A DNA stretch of 64,000 bases from Felis catus (taxonomy: Eukaryota), in the NCBI RefSeq assembly GCF_018350175.1, contig NC_058368.1, positions 110,114,001-110,178,000 on the forward strand. The letters run 5' to 3'. The notes beneath the pieces are model-generated. The model saw only the letters and a list, made by a program, of their open reading frames with translations, made no database searches and had not been told where the DNA came from. Of this stretch, positions 51,978 through 64,000 are shown piece after piece. Made by a program: the position numbers and the translations under genes. Numbering within the stretch: position 1 is the stretch's first letter; the number at the start of each line of letters is the position of its first letter.

Positions 51978-54900
51978 GGAGGAAGGCCAAACGCCTGACT
52001 GCTTTCATCTCTGTTCAACCTCCACTGTCTCCCAGTGCTGCCACTGACCTTGGGGCATAGCTGCAGAGCAGGAGAGGCGGCCCAGACCTGGGGCCAGAAA
52101 GAGAGCGAGAAAGCAAAGTCCCAGCCCCAATTCTGAGCCCCTCTCAAACAGCCCCGTCTGAAGGCCCAGCAATCCAGATCTGGCTCTGATCCCATTTAGC
52201 TTCTACATCCACATTAAAGAGCAAGTCTGTTTTCTTCTGACATGGGAGCACCGTCTACCTTTAACGAGCAGAGAAAGGGAGGGACAACTGCGAACAGCAC
52301 GGTCTTGCTGGGTAAGGAGCACCCTGTGGGGACGTCCATATATGTGACATGCACTTGCCATCAGATTACCACCCTGGAGCAGCTCAGGCCATGGGGTGCA
52401 GGTGCAGTCTTGTCCCTCCCAGGTACCTACAGCCAGGCTGCCACCCCACTGGCTCTGCCTGTTCTGATGCCTGACATGGTCTCAGCCAGGCTCTTCTGTC
52501 CAGGGGACTCCTGGGGAAAAACGCATCACCTAGAGGCCAGGTGCCCCCTCCCTCCCCTGCCGCCTGCCAAAGCTTTAAGACACCAGCTAGGGCAGACTGA
52601 TCTCTCCAAGTGTAGACCAGAATGGGCGTCAGCTGGGACTTTCTTCCCCCAGAGTGTATGGGCCTTCCTGGTCCCCTGGACCTGCCTGTTTGCCTGCCAG
52701 AGCTGTGACAGTTTTAAAACAGAGGGAATTTCTTGGGGATTATTTAATTGAGTTTCAAATTTATGCCTCAGTTTTGAAGGAGAGGAAAAAAAAAGACAAC
52801 CCCCTTTAAACAACTTCCATGAAAGGTTATAAAACACAGATAATTTACATGCAGGAGCAGATGGCAGGCTGGGTGCTGTTCTAGGCAAACCATGTGTCCC
52901 CTGGCAGTTCTCTGTAATGGATACTACAAGTTTATGTGTGGTTTATAAACTCAAGGGCTAGCGATTTCCCCGAGGGATTGATTGTAGGGCATAAAAGTGT
53001 TTACGGTCATGACCTTCATTTCTCCACCACAGGAGACTCTCCTCCTACCCACCCCTATTCCGGGGGTGGGGAACTCAGAGCAACATGAGCCCCATCTGGG
53101 CTCATCCACAGGCTACTTGCCCTCTTCTGTTCCTGAACCTGCTAGCGAGCATGTGCTCCAGCTCCAGATCTACATCCCTCCTCCCAAGTTGCTTCATTCT
53201 TTTGAACAACTCCACTCCCACTCTGTCTCCCCCTATCAGCAGAGTCTGACCCCGACACGCCACGCGGGGCCTCTCCCTCCCAGGACCCCCCACACATGGG
53301 AGCTGGAGCTGGTCCTCTCCCAGGCAGCCTTCCCACGGCTCAGCCCCACCCAGTGTCCTTCAAGAAGTTTCTTGTCTCAGAGCATGCCCCTGGGGGATAT
53401 GCCTGCTCACTATGGACCCCTCCTTCTGGCTGGGTCTAGGCTCCAAGCTGGTCCTCACTGGCTGTGTGTCCCAGCACATCTATCCTGTCCCCTCCCTGGC
53501 CCTTAGTGTCTAGGCACTCAGACCACGGCGATTAGGGGTGGAGCAGCAGAGGCAGGTTGGGGGGCATGAGGTGGAAAGTTCTGGTCTAGAGCCTTGGGAT
53601 CATGGCAGAGGTATAGCAGGAAGAGCAGTGATGGCCAACGTGCAAGAAAGACTTGTGTGCTAGGCATGTGACAAGCTTTACCTGTGAGGTCAGCATCATT
53701 ACCAGCCCATGTTATAGCTAGGGAGGCCGAGGCACGGGCTTACAGGGCCACCTGGTACCCAAGATTCCCTCTCAGCCATTGTGCTATTCTGCCTATTCTC
53801 AAGGCAAACCTTCACTTGGTAAACCAAAGCAGTATATAATGCATCTTCCAGAAATTTCCAAACGTTATGCTTGAGAGAATGCCCCCCGGGGCAAGGCCAA
53901 TATGCTTGGCAGGATCCAGGGTCAGGTTCCCAGGGCTCAGATTCCATAAAGCTCACAGAAACTCACAAGGAATAACAATGTGCCCGGGACTGTTATTCTT
54001 AAAATACCATTTCAGCGTGAGCTACATAATCCCGCCATTCTGGTGGAAACTTCCTAATTTTTCAACAGAACTTTCCGTTTGTTGGTTTTTTTTTTTTCTT
54101 CCTTGGAACAGATGGCATGATTTTTATCTCAAATAGCTTCAATGAGGACATTGTTATTTCTACCCTTTGTCGGCTTGTGCAAGCACACCCCGTTTCATAC
54201 ATTAGCATGAAAGGAACTGTGTGTAGTCTCTGCTCGGTCTTGAGATGCCAGGAAGACAATATCAGTGAGCAGTGGTCCTGAAGGAGCGGGAAGAGAACAA
54301 GGTACTCATCTGCCCCTGCTGGAGTGGCGCTCCTCTCTCTGCCCCGCCCCCCTCTCCCCGCCACCTGGGGCTGCCCCGCAGAAGGGTTTCTGGGGACTAT
54401 AACAGTGGTTCAAGTGCTTTCTCTGCATGCTCTGTCTTCCCCAGGCCTGGCCACCTTCCTCAGGGACCTGGAAGGGCGCCCGGGGCCCAGCACCCACCCT
54501 GCCTGGTGTGGCTGCCAGCTCCGTTGCCTGGAGGACAGGTGTACAGATGGCTGTGGGCCGCCGGACCCTCAGGCAACACTCCTGTCCCCCCAGGGCTGTG
54601 CCCGGCGCTGTGGGGCTCATACGCCTTCACGCATGGCCTCACAACACGCATGGCATGCGGCAGGCACTCCCCACTCCTGTGGCTCACAGTGGGGCCACAC
54701 GCAAGGTAACGGCTGTTCCTCCATCACATTTCCCCTGGCTTGTGGTTGTCTCCTCCCGTGACAGTGTGGGGAGCTCTTTAACACGCCTGCTTTAGAGGCA
54801 GAGACAGAGGCTCAGAGAGACTGCTGACAACTCCAAGGTTAGAGGCTCATCAGAGCTTCTCAGAGGGAGGCCCAGCCTCCTGCTGTATTTGTTAAATAAT

Positions 54901-56332
54901 GACCTGGCGATTCAGGATCCCAGGACGGGGTGGGGGTGGGGGGGCTCTAGTTGCCATGTCTTTGGAGCAAAGTCCCCAAGTACACGATATAGCCTGCCAT
55001 CCGCTAAATTAGGTAAGATAGGGATTTAAATGCAGGTTGCCACATACAGGGCTCTTTTTAAAACCACAGCTGCCACCAATGTTTCAGGTAATCGACTAAT
55101 TCACACCCAGATGTTTAATGGCCGATCAACTAATTTATACTGGGAGGTAATTCTGACGATGGTTTAACAGGTTTTCCCTTCTGGATAACATTTACGTTTC
55201 ATGGTGGCCTCTAGGCATAGAGACAAATATTGAGAAGGGGAGGAGAGCATCTCTGAAGAGCCGGGTCCCCTGAGGCCCCAGCGGGTGTGTGTCCTGCAGC
55301 ATGTATATGCATGGCACCACCTCATCGGAGCCCACAGCAGTCATGCGGGGCAGGGCGGTTGTGCCTTTGCTATACTCTGTTCCTCAGCGCTTCTCCTGAC
55401 ACCAGCCCTGTCAGATGGACTGTTAGCACTTAGATGACCCCTACCACGCTTGGCCGAGCATTGACCCCGAGGCTGTGTTCGAGGCATCCCAATAGCTGGC
55501 AGAATCGCATGGAATCAGGGGCCCCGTGGAAGCCTTCTGAGTTTGAGGAAGACAGCAGAGGCAAGGGCACATGTTGCCAAACAGTCTAGGCCACGTGGGC
55601 TTTCTTTATAGTCATGAGTCATGGGTTGTGTCCTGGGAGAGGCAGTTTTTAGGGCTGGTTTAGGGCAACGGCGTTAGGAACCCAATAAAGTATCCAGGAG
55701 TGATCTCTGCATGGGGAAAATGTGGGAAACACCTTGGAAAGGTGAGGTCCGGAGAGACCCTTCCATAAACACGCACCCCAGGGGATGTCTGGGGTGAGCA
55801 GTGACCCCCCACTTCAAGGTCCACATGAACAGTCCCCACACTGCTTCCTGAGATGGCTCATTTACCCAGTGATTTACCTACTTCTCATCCCCTCCCTGCA
55901 ACGTCACTGTGCAACTCACTTTGCCTATAGGTCTTGTAAGTATTGGCAAATGTAGGAAAGTCAAGGAAAAGGAAATGGAGGCAAACTGGATTTCATCTAC
56001 AGGAAAAGGGATCCATCCATAGCAATCACCCCTTGGCCCTGTGCTCTTAGGGTGCCACTAGGCCTTTACTGGGGACACGTTGCAGTCAGCTGTCCAGCTG
56101 AAGTTACAATACAGATTCCTGTGCCTGCGTTTAGGTCAGGTGAAAGGGTTTTTTTCTGTTGGAAAGACACCATGCAAGTGGCTTTGGAACAGCCACTTGC
56201 CAGTGGACTTTGAAAGAAGAGTTCTTTCTGCTTAGAGCCTTGCCTAGTTTCTTTGCCAAACACCAAGACTGGCCTTTCCTCGATTTCTACGCTCTGGGGA
56301 AAAAATGCAGGAAGCAAACCCACAGCCACCGA

Positions 56333-56383
56333 CCTAGTTCCTAGGTGTTCCTACCCCTAGTTCCTAGGTGTTCCTACCCCTAG
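56333..56383. repeat. 23-nt tandem duplication (cctagttcctaggtgttcctacc x2.2)
   Basis: Exact copies at 56333-56355 and 56356-56378. Confidence 0.93.
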
Positions 56384-58489
56384 GTACAAGGGGACACTTG
56401 TACAAGCAGGACAGCTGCAGGACCCATCCTCTTTACGACACATGGTCTGGATCTCCCCAAGAGGCTGTAGCAGCAGAGGTCACCTGAGGGTGAATCTACT
56501 GAGCTTGAGGAATGGGGTCCTTAGAGCTGGGGGGCTTTGCCAGGACCGAGACTTCATGCTCAGGGGAGGCCTGGGCTCCAGCTCTGCCACCTCCTCTTAA
56601 CCACGGGCACGCACCCCAGCAGGGGCTCCTCAGCACTCTGACAACCCAAGGGCCCCAGGGAGCCCTGAGAACCATCACCAGTCTTGTCCATCTTCCATAA
56701 TTCAGGAGAATCAGGGTTAAAAAAAGTGCATGAGCAATGGACATAATTTATATGCTGCAAGTGGACGAGCTGGCAGCCTCTCGCATCATAAAGTTTAAAT
56801 AACGGTGGTTTAACACCAGATGTAAGTGCAGCTGTCCTGAGCGGAACGCCATTAGCTCCATTAAGACGGGAGATGGTGCTTTTCCCAGTTCGGCATCCCC
56901 AGGAAAACATCACACCTGTCATCTCTGCGCCGCAAGCAGTTGACTTGATGCGGGAACCTACCAGCGCCTTTTCAGATCGTATCTGTCAAGGCATTCACAG
57001 AGGAGAGGAAAGGGGACTGCAGACTAACCAAGACAGGGGGCCCACCATGCCCACCCTGACCATGAGGACAAGACCTTGGCTCCAGGTACTCCCAGGTGGT
57101 CTGGCTCTTCATGCCCCAGGGAGGGCTTGGGGTGAGTGGAGGGAGAGAGTGGGCAAACGGGGGAAGAAGGGACAGGTGGGAAAGAAAGGGAGGGACAGGG
57201 AGAAGAGAGGATGAAGGGAGGAGGAGGAAAGGGAGGGATGGGGACCTAAAAGGGGAGAGAGAGCAACCGAAGAAGGAAGTCTTCTCCCAGTTTTGCAAAG
57301 TCTCTGGAGGGCAGGGTGAACCGATCTAGGCAGGTAGGGAGTGCGATTTAGGTCAACCTGCATGGGCTAGTGGCCAAGGCTTCCATTTCAATCAAGAAGT
57401 ATTTTGAGGGGCTGCTATGTACAAAAGGAGAGCCTGAGAAGGTCAACAGCAGCGACGAGGCACCAGGGCTGAGACACGGCCACAAATACACCTGCAGACA
57501 GACCCGCCAGCCAGCATCCAGGGAGCACTGTGCTGGGCACAGAGAAGCAGCATCTTAGAGGTGACAAACTGAGATGCAGAGGGGGAAGGGATTTCTTCAC
57601 GGCCCCTGGGGAAATTCAGAAGGAAGGAGAACTGTCGGAGTCAGGCAGGATTTTCTGTTTTTCTGACGAGATGACTGTAACTCTTTGCCGAGGAAAGAGA
57701 ACATGAGGAGCGCCATGAGCAACAAATACCAAGGTGGCCAGAGCCAGAGGCAAGAACCCATCTGTCCTGCTGTCTGCCTGTCACGTGGTTTTTCCCCGTG
57801 TCAGGAAGGGGTTGGTCAAACCAGCCTAGTGCCTGTGGCTGCCATAAATAAGCTCGATGCACAGGCTACAGGAACACAGAGGATGGAGCCCCCCTGACCT
57901 TGCGGAGGAGGGGGTGCTGGCCATAGAAGTCCAAGTTGGGTCTAGGTTGCAGGGCCATTCTCCTCCTATCAGCCCTCCTGGGAGCCACGGCGCACCCCTG
58001 GGCGACGGCTGCCCCGGTGCAGCCCGGGGAGTATGCAAAACACTGGGCTCGGGAGCCACGGCCGGGACCCTGGCTGCAGGAGCCACAGGAGCTGCATCAC
58101 CTTTGCACACCAAGGCCACCAGGAGATGGAGATGGTGGCGGTCCACAGGATGGCCCCTTGGCCCAGCGCCTCCTAGACTCGTAACTGCAGGTGTGCTGCC
58201 GAGTGTCACTCTTGCCTGACTGCTCAGGAGGAAGCTCGTCTAAGACGCAGACTGCCATTGTTCCATCATCCTCTGCTCCTATCTCTCAAGCACCAAACCA
58301 AAGAAGTGAATTGCTAAAAGATGACAAAGGTGTTCATGTCGCACTGAGCAACGAGAGGAAAACAACACGGATACACTTAGCGAGATCCGCAGCTGGGGAA
58401 ATTTTCCTGAGCTAAGAGATTTCTGTGCCGGCAATTTCTGTAGACATTTCTCATTTGAATGGAAATTCCTCCTGAAACGCTAAACAACA

Positions 58490-58732
58490 ACAGCTAACCC
58501 ATCCAGGGCTTCCCTGGTGCTGGGTACTGTTCCAAGAGGTTGGTGTGCATGAACTCATTTTGGTCCTCACAATCACCTCATAAGGTATGTACTCTTATTA
58601 GCTGTGCTTTACAGAGGAGGGAATTGAGGCTCCGAGAGGGTAAGTGATTAGCCCGAGATCACTCAGCTTGAAAGCAGCAGAGCCAGGATTTGAACCCAGG
58701 CACTCTGAGCCCAGAATCCATGAGCTTAACTC
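58490..58732 (-). mobile_element. MIR, near full length
   Basis: tcctcacaatcacctcataaggta...gaggctccgagagggtaagtgattagcccgagatcac...gagccaggatttgaacccaggc. Confidence 0.85.
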
Positions 58733-59242
58733 TGAAGGTGTCATGAATGATAAATAGTCTAGTGCAAGCATTACACGGACTTTCATAAGAACGGCTCACA
58801 ATTCCAGTGACTTCTGCCGCTGGTTAGGGGAGGGGTTTATTTAGTTAGTTTTAATAGACCTGGACATAATTAGCTGTGGACAAAAATTCCAAAAGGGACT
58901 TTTCCAACAGGGAAGGATGGAAATGCTTTGCCACTCTGAGCCTTCTGAGTCCCTCTGCCACAGAAGGAAAGGATGAGTTGTCTTTTCCTGGAAGGCAGGG
59001 CTACAGGCAGTTGAGTGGGGGGTACTGGTGGTACTCCTGCCTGGGGAGACACACACGACACAGCTCTGCTGTCCTCAGACCTCATCTGCAAACCACAATC
59101 ATGACAGTGACAACAGCCTTCTTCACCACGGGCTCACTCTGTGCTGAGTCCCACCAGTCATCCAACGTTCCCAGTACCCCTGTGAGGCAACCAAGGCAGT
59201 GACTTGTGCCTTGTGAACTTGAATGTAGAGCAGTGCCTCAAA

Positions 59243-59325
59243 AATGAATGAATGGTTGAACGGACGAACGAACAAACGAATGAATAAAGGAGTGAATGAA
59301 CGGACGAACGAATGAACCAACGAAT
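59243..59325. repeat. Degenerate (GAAT/GAAC)n tetranucleotide repeat, possibly an L2 tail
   Basis: atgaatgaatggttgaacggacgaacgaacaaacgaatgaat... Confidence 0.8.
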
Positions 59326-61068
59326 CCTGATCCAAGACCAGGCATCATCTAAGGGTGCTACACTGTATCTCCTATGTGCCTCTCTTCCATCCAATGACAA
59401 CATAGGCTGTGAGGAGGCAGAAGAGGACCACCTCTCTTGCAGGGCCACCTCCACGGAAGGGAGGGACCTCAGTGGGGTGAGACTTACTCATGCCACCCTC
59501 TCCAGAAGTCTGAATCTACCACCATCAACATCCCCACGGCCATCACGGGACAATGTTGTGAGTACACCGGCGGCACTACAGCTTTCCAAGTTTTTGTGCC
59601 GAGACCAGACGGACTCTTGAACGTACTCCCAGGCACTCGTGTCCCCGGGAGCCGTACCCTGCTGCACCTGGCAGTTGCACCTGCACCTGGCACAGAACCC
59701 TCCCACAGGAGACTGTGCTTCTGCCCCTCTTGGCCGTGTCAAGACGAGGCCCTCCTGGGCCCAGGTCTGATGGCAGGAGATGGGCACCTGATCTGGGGCA
59801 GGCCGTGGGGCTGGCCCTGACTCCTGCCCAGCCCAGGCTGCCAACTGAGGAAGGAGATGGGAGAGAAGGAACAGGCTACCTTCTCAGAGCCCGTGGCTGG
59901 GACCCCAGCACACTCCCAGGCAGTACCCTCCCTGCTCCCGGCTCCACCATGTGGAGCATGCGGTTCACGCTCAGCAAGGAACCGAAGCTATCGCAGGGCT
60001 ACACGGGAAGAGCGGCCAGGGTGAGGAGCTGCAGGCTTAGGGGTGCGGGGGTGGCCAGCTGCAAAGGCAGGGCTCTCACAGCTCTGAAAGCCGCTGTGCA
60101 TTTCTATCTGGAGCGGACATGCCTCAGCTGGGTCAGGATGAGGCATCCCAGCCCCACAGTAGCTGTTGGAAGAGAAGCACGAACCATTCTCAGTAATAGA
60201 AATATCACATTTCTCCCTCAATCAGCGGGTTTTAATTTATTTATCTAGCCGAGGCATGATGGATATAGTTTGCCCAAATATATTACAAGGGGATAATGCA
60301 ATCTCTTATCCAGAAAACCACCATATTATAGATACCATCAAGCTACTTCCTCAAAAGTGTTTGGTACCCTAGCAACCAAAAAAGACAAAAAAAAAAAAAA
60401 AAGAAAGAAAGAAAGAAAAGAAACAACAACAAAGACATAAAAATTACACTGCATCTGCAATACTTTGTTGAAATTAGTTTTGCAATAAAGCATATATTGT
60501 AAAAACAAAGGTTTAATGATATATCAGTTTGGCAAAAATCTGATTACAAAGCAAAAACACATACATCTAAGTAAAGTTGCAGAGCTTTTAAAAATGAAAC
60601 TTGGCAAGGCAGTCCTGGGCAAGCTCCATCGGAAAGGGTGCTGGTTTTTTTCTCCCCCTCCTTAATGATAAGTCGGTGCCAACAAAGGAGCCCTTCCTCC
60701 AGACCCAACTCGGCGACGCCAGCCTCCATCCTGACTCTGAATGTTCAGCAGCGAGTGCTAGAGTTCATGAGCTTACACAGATGGCAGACGCCTGCCTGGA
60801 CATACAAACCATTTGTCACAAGTAAAATATCTCTTCCCCCCGAACCGATATGTATGCTTCTCGCTGTGGAATTATACGCAGGCCGGGAACACGGGGAGGC
60901 CCCGGCAAGACGGCTGCTACACCCTGCTGTGAGCAGCTCTCTGCACTGTTGCCCTGGAACTGGTGGGTAGGGAGGCCACAAGGCAGCCACCCGTCACCGC
61001 CTGGGGTGTGGAGGCTTAGCTCGGTGCGGAGCCCCTCAGCAGCCAGGATAAGCCTGTAATTTCTGAGC

Positions 61069-61139
61069 CCCAGAGGCGTGTGGGCTCCCCAGGCACTGTC
61101 CCAACCCAGAGACATGTGGGCTCCCCAGGCACTGTCCCA
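61069..61139. repeat. 36-nt-period tandem duplication
   Basis: tgtgggctccccaggcactgtccca is identical at 61079-61103 and 61115-61139. Confidence 0.92.
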
Positions 61140-64000
61140 TCGGCCAGGCTCTCCTCCCGGTATTTTGTTCTATACTATTCTTTGCTGCCAATCTCTTCCC
61201 CAGGCTGGAGTGCCTCGGGGGCGAATCCATGTGTTATACGACTGGTCCGGTGGGTGAGCCGCAGGCTCCACACCGAGGGAGGGGGGCAGAAAGATGATCA
61301 ACACACACGCCACTTCCTGGAGCGGCTTGCATCGTGGGCAGGGCCGGGGGGGGGGGGGGTGGCGGTGGGGGAGAGGGGAGAGAAAGGTGTGCACGGAATA
61401 TTCTGCAACCCCCGTGCTGGGCCTGCCTTCCTTTTCATTCCTTTACCTTCCCAGGCTTCTCTCGCCTTGGTCCTTCCTTGTTTTCCTGCTACGATAAACC
61501 CATCATATTAAAATGTCAGGCGTATTATCTTCAGAGGTATTTTCATTTCCCAAGAAAATACTAGGCAGGAAATGCCTAACCCAGAAGAAGAAATGGGAGA
61601 CTGTCAGACGTGGTGGCCTGTGGTCGGAGGTGACACACTGTAGCGGCTGCTGCTAATACAGCAAAAGAGGAAAGGAATCTGTTTTTAAAACATGTATGTG
61701 CATGTATCTTACTGATTACATTTCTTAACCTATACTGATTGCCTTTTCAAATAAATTCGGCCTTTTACAAAGGGTCAGGCGTGCAGACTTCACCAGCAGA
61801 GGCTGAGGGCAGAGGGTCGTTGAAGGAGGCCTGCCAGAAGGAAGAGTCTCCAGGGGGAGGACGGAGGAAAATCTCAGGGGAGGCTTTATGCCAGGTAGAA
61901 ACCAGATACTCATGTTCGTGGGATAGAAGTGAAAAGGCAAAGGCAGACTGTTGGTGATGAGGAACTATGAACAGGACTCCTGACCCGGTGCCTGACAGGG
62001 GCTCCTTGGCGGGGAAGCCCCACTCGGTGAAAAACTGTCCTGACCCCTGTTCCCGGGGTAGGAAGGGAGTGCCTTGAGACTGAATGTGCGGGGAGGCCCT
62101 TGGAGGGCTTACTGGTCCCTGGGTCTCCCCAGGACCGTAGCCCTCCTGGCATCCTGCCATCAGCAAGTTGCACAGGTGCTGTTCTGGACAGGAGGGGTCA
62201 TTCTTCTGGGGACAGTGGATGTTTCCTAGAAAGAGCCTCAGCCACATAGAACAGGCTTTTGGAGATAACTTCCTGATTCCATTATGACTCCAGAGGCCTT
62301 AGGAGGCGTTCCTCAGGGACTCTGTGTAACTTTGATTTCTGTGTCACATCTTGAGCAGATCATTCACATGCACGCACACGCACACACATACACACACGTG
62401 CACACACAGCAGACTAAAATTCTCAGTGGGTAGAAAGGAAGCCCAGCGGCTGTGAGTAAAGTCCAGGCCACAAATGTGGACAACAAGCTGATCCTCTGCC
62501 TCCTGCCCACACTGCCTGAGATCCAGATATAGGCCTTTCCTACTCAGGCTGTCCACAATGGGTGGTCAATGAGACTTTGGGTTAGGACCCAAGAGTAGGA
62601 AGCGTTCCTTTTTGCTTCCCTGGAAAGACTTGTCAATGCTCAAGGTACAAGCTCACCCCAAGTTTTGCTTTAAAAAATAAACAAAGACCTTGCATCACAA
62701 GTTGACAAGCCACGTAAAGCCTGATATCTGCCTCCCTGTGGCTTTGGCCAGCATAGGAAACAAGGCCCAATTGTGTCCAAATTGAGACAGGAGAGGTTCT
62801 AAAGTGGGATGTGCCTGTACCGTGCACACGCTGGCCTGCTCACAGAGGTGGGAGAATGCCCTAGACCCCGGTGAGCGTGCTCTTACCAACTCTGGCTCTG
62901 CTGCTACCCTGGCGACTTCGTATTCTTGCCCTTCAGATCTCTGCACAGTGTGGGAACTCGCTGACAGGCCTCATGAAATATGACTGGGGAGATTCCATTC
63001 CACAGACCCTTAGCAAGGCTCCAGCTAAATGCACTGGGTGGAATTTACAACCTACAATTTTCTGTAACATTGTTCCCAGGGTATTTTCATTGTGGGGAGG
63101 AAGAGATGGAACAAAAAGAAAAAAAAAAAGAAAAAGGAAAAAACAAAAAAAGAAAGCCAAGAGAAGGAAATATAATTTCAAACTCATTCATGATTTATCT
63201 CTTCCCTCCCCATGGCTGCAGGGGATTCTAACTCTGCAAGATAGCCTGGCTGTGCCCATGCCACATGCCATGGAGATGCAAACAGTTTGGGCAACCTTAA
63301 CCCTTCCTTTGCTGGTTGCGTCCAGCCCTCACAAATGGCTGCTACCTGCCTGGCATCTGGCGGATCTCAGCAACTGGGCAGGACATCACTGGCCTCCTGG
63401 GGCACGCAGGTGGGTACACCCGGCTCACAGAAAGACACCCCCTGATCCTCCACACAAACAAGATTCTCTGGAGCCAAAATGGAACGGATCATGTTTGAAA
63501 TCTGTGTTCTTTCCACTTCTGCAGGGCTCTCCTTTATCCAATGCCTTCCCTTTGAAATGCTGTAAAGCCCTGAAGGGAGGCGAGTGAGCAGTGAGAAGGA
63601 GCCTTTCAGAAAGGTCAGTTTCCCCGTTGGTAAGCCCAGGCAGCAGGGCCAATCAGCCCTCCGCAGCCGCCCGCACCGATTGCACCTATGGGCTCCATCT
63701 ACAAAGGAATCATCAGCATCCCAAGCCTGCAATGCCCCACACGGTTCATAAAAGCCCTTCCTGATACATTTCCCCATTCAATCCACCTCTCGCCATGTAA
63801 TCAAGGATTTTTAACTTCCTGAAGAAAAGGGGACACAGCAACCTTGGAAGGAGTGGATGAGGCCATTAATCAATGGTCTCCTCATGAGTGTGAGAAAAAG
63901 CCAATTGGTACAGCTGAGCATCAGATTCCAATTAGCGCACGAGACAGGCAGAAGGGGTTAATGCCGATGTCGCCGAGCCAAAGAAACACTGGGGAAATTC

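Noticed and set aside
62871..63587. 238-aa plus-strand ORF with a basic stretch
   Set aside because: It starts at GTG, the Lys/Arg run comes from an A-rich low-complexity tract, and no domain or splice support was seen.

Overview
Mammalian genomic DNA, almost certainly from a cat-family (felid) genome, judged from about 22 feline-type Can-SINE copies. It is not prokaryotic, and nearly all ORFs in the supplied track are spurious. I can support one coding feature: a 249-nt internal exon on the minus strand (7490-7738, phase 1-1, canonical splice sites) encoding a complete 10-cysteine follistatin (FOLN + Kazal) domain that I recognise as FSTL4. The rest appears to be the two large flanking FSTL4 introns. 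These are filled with Can-SINEs (many with visible target-site duplications), old L1, L2 and MIR fragments, MaLR/ERVL solo LTRs, hAT fossils and microsatellites. I found no convincing novel biological system. The most interesting observations are: (1) a ~330-nt, ~97% identical local duplication whose donor copy can be inferred; (2) an exon geometry compatible with a circRNA carrying an endless ORF; (3) an inverted L1 segment with a template-switch palindrome next to a tail-less SINE; (4) a very young SINE insertion; (5) a ~490-nt pure pyrimidine tract; (6) a 16-kb SINE-free zone with enhancer-like islands. Repeat family names come from my recollection of consensus sequences, and old-repeat boundaries are approximate.
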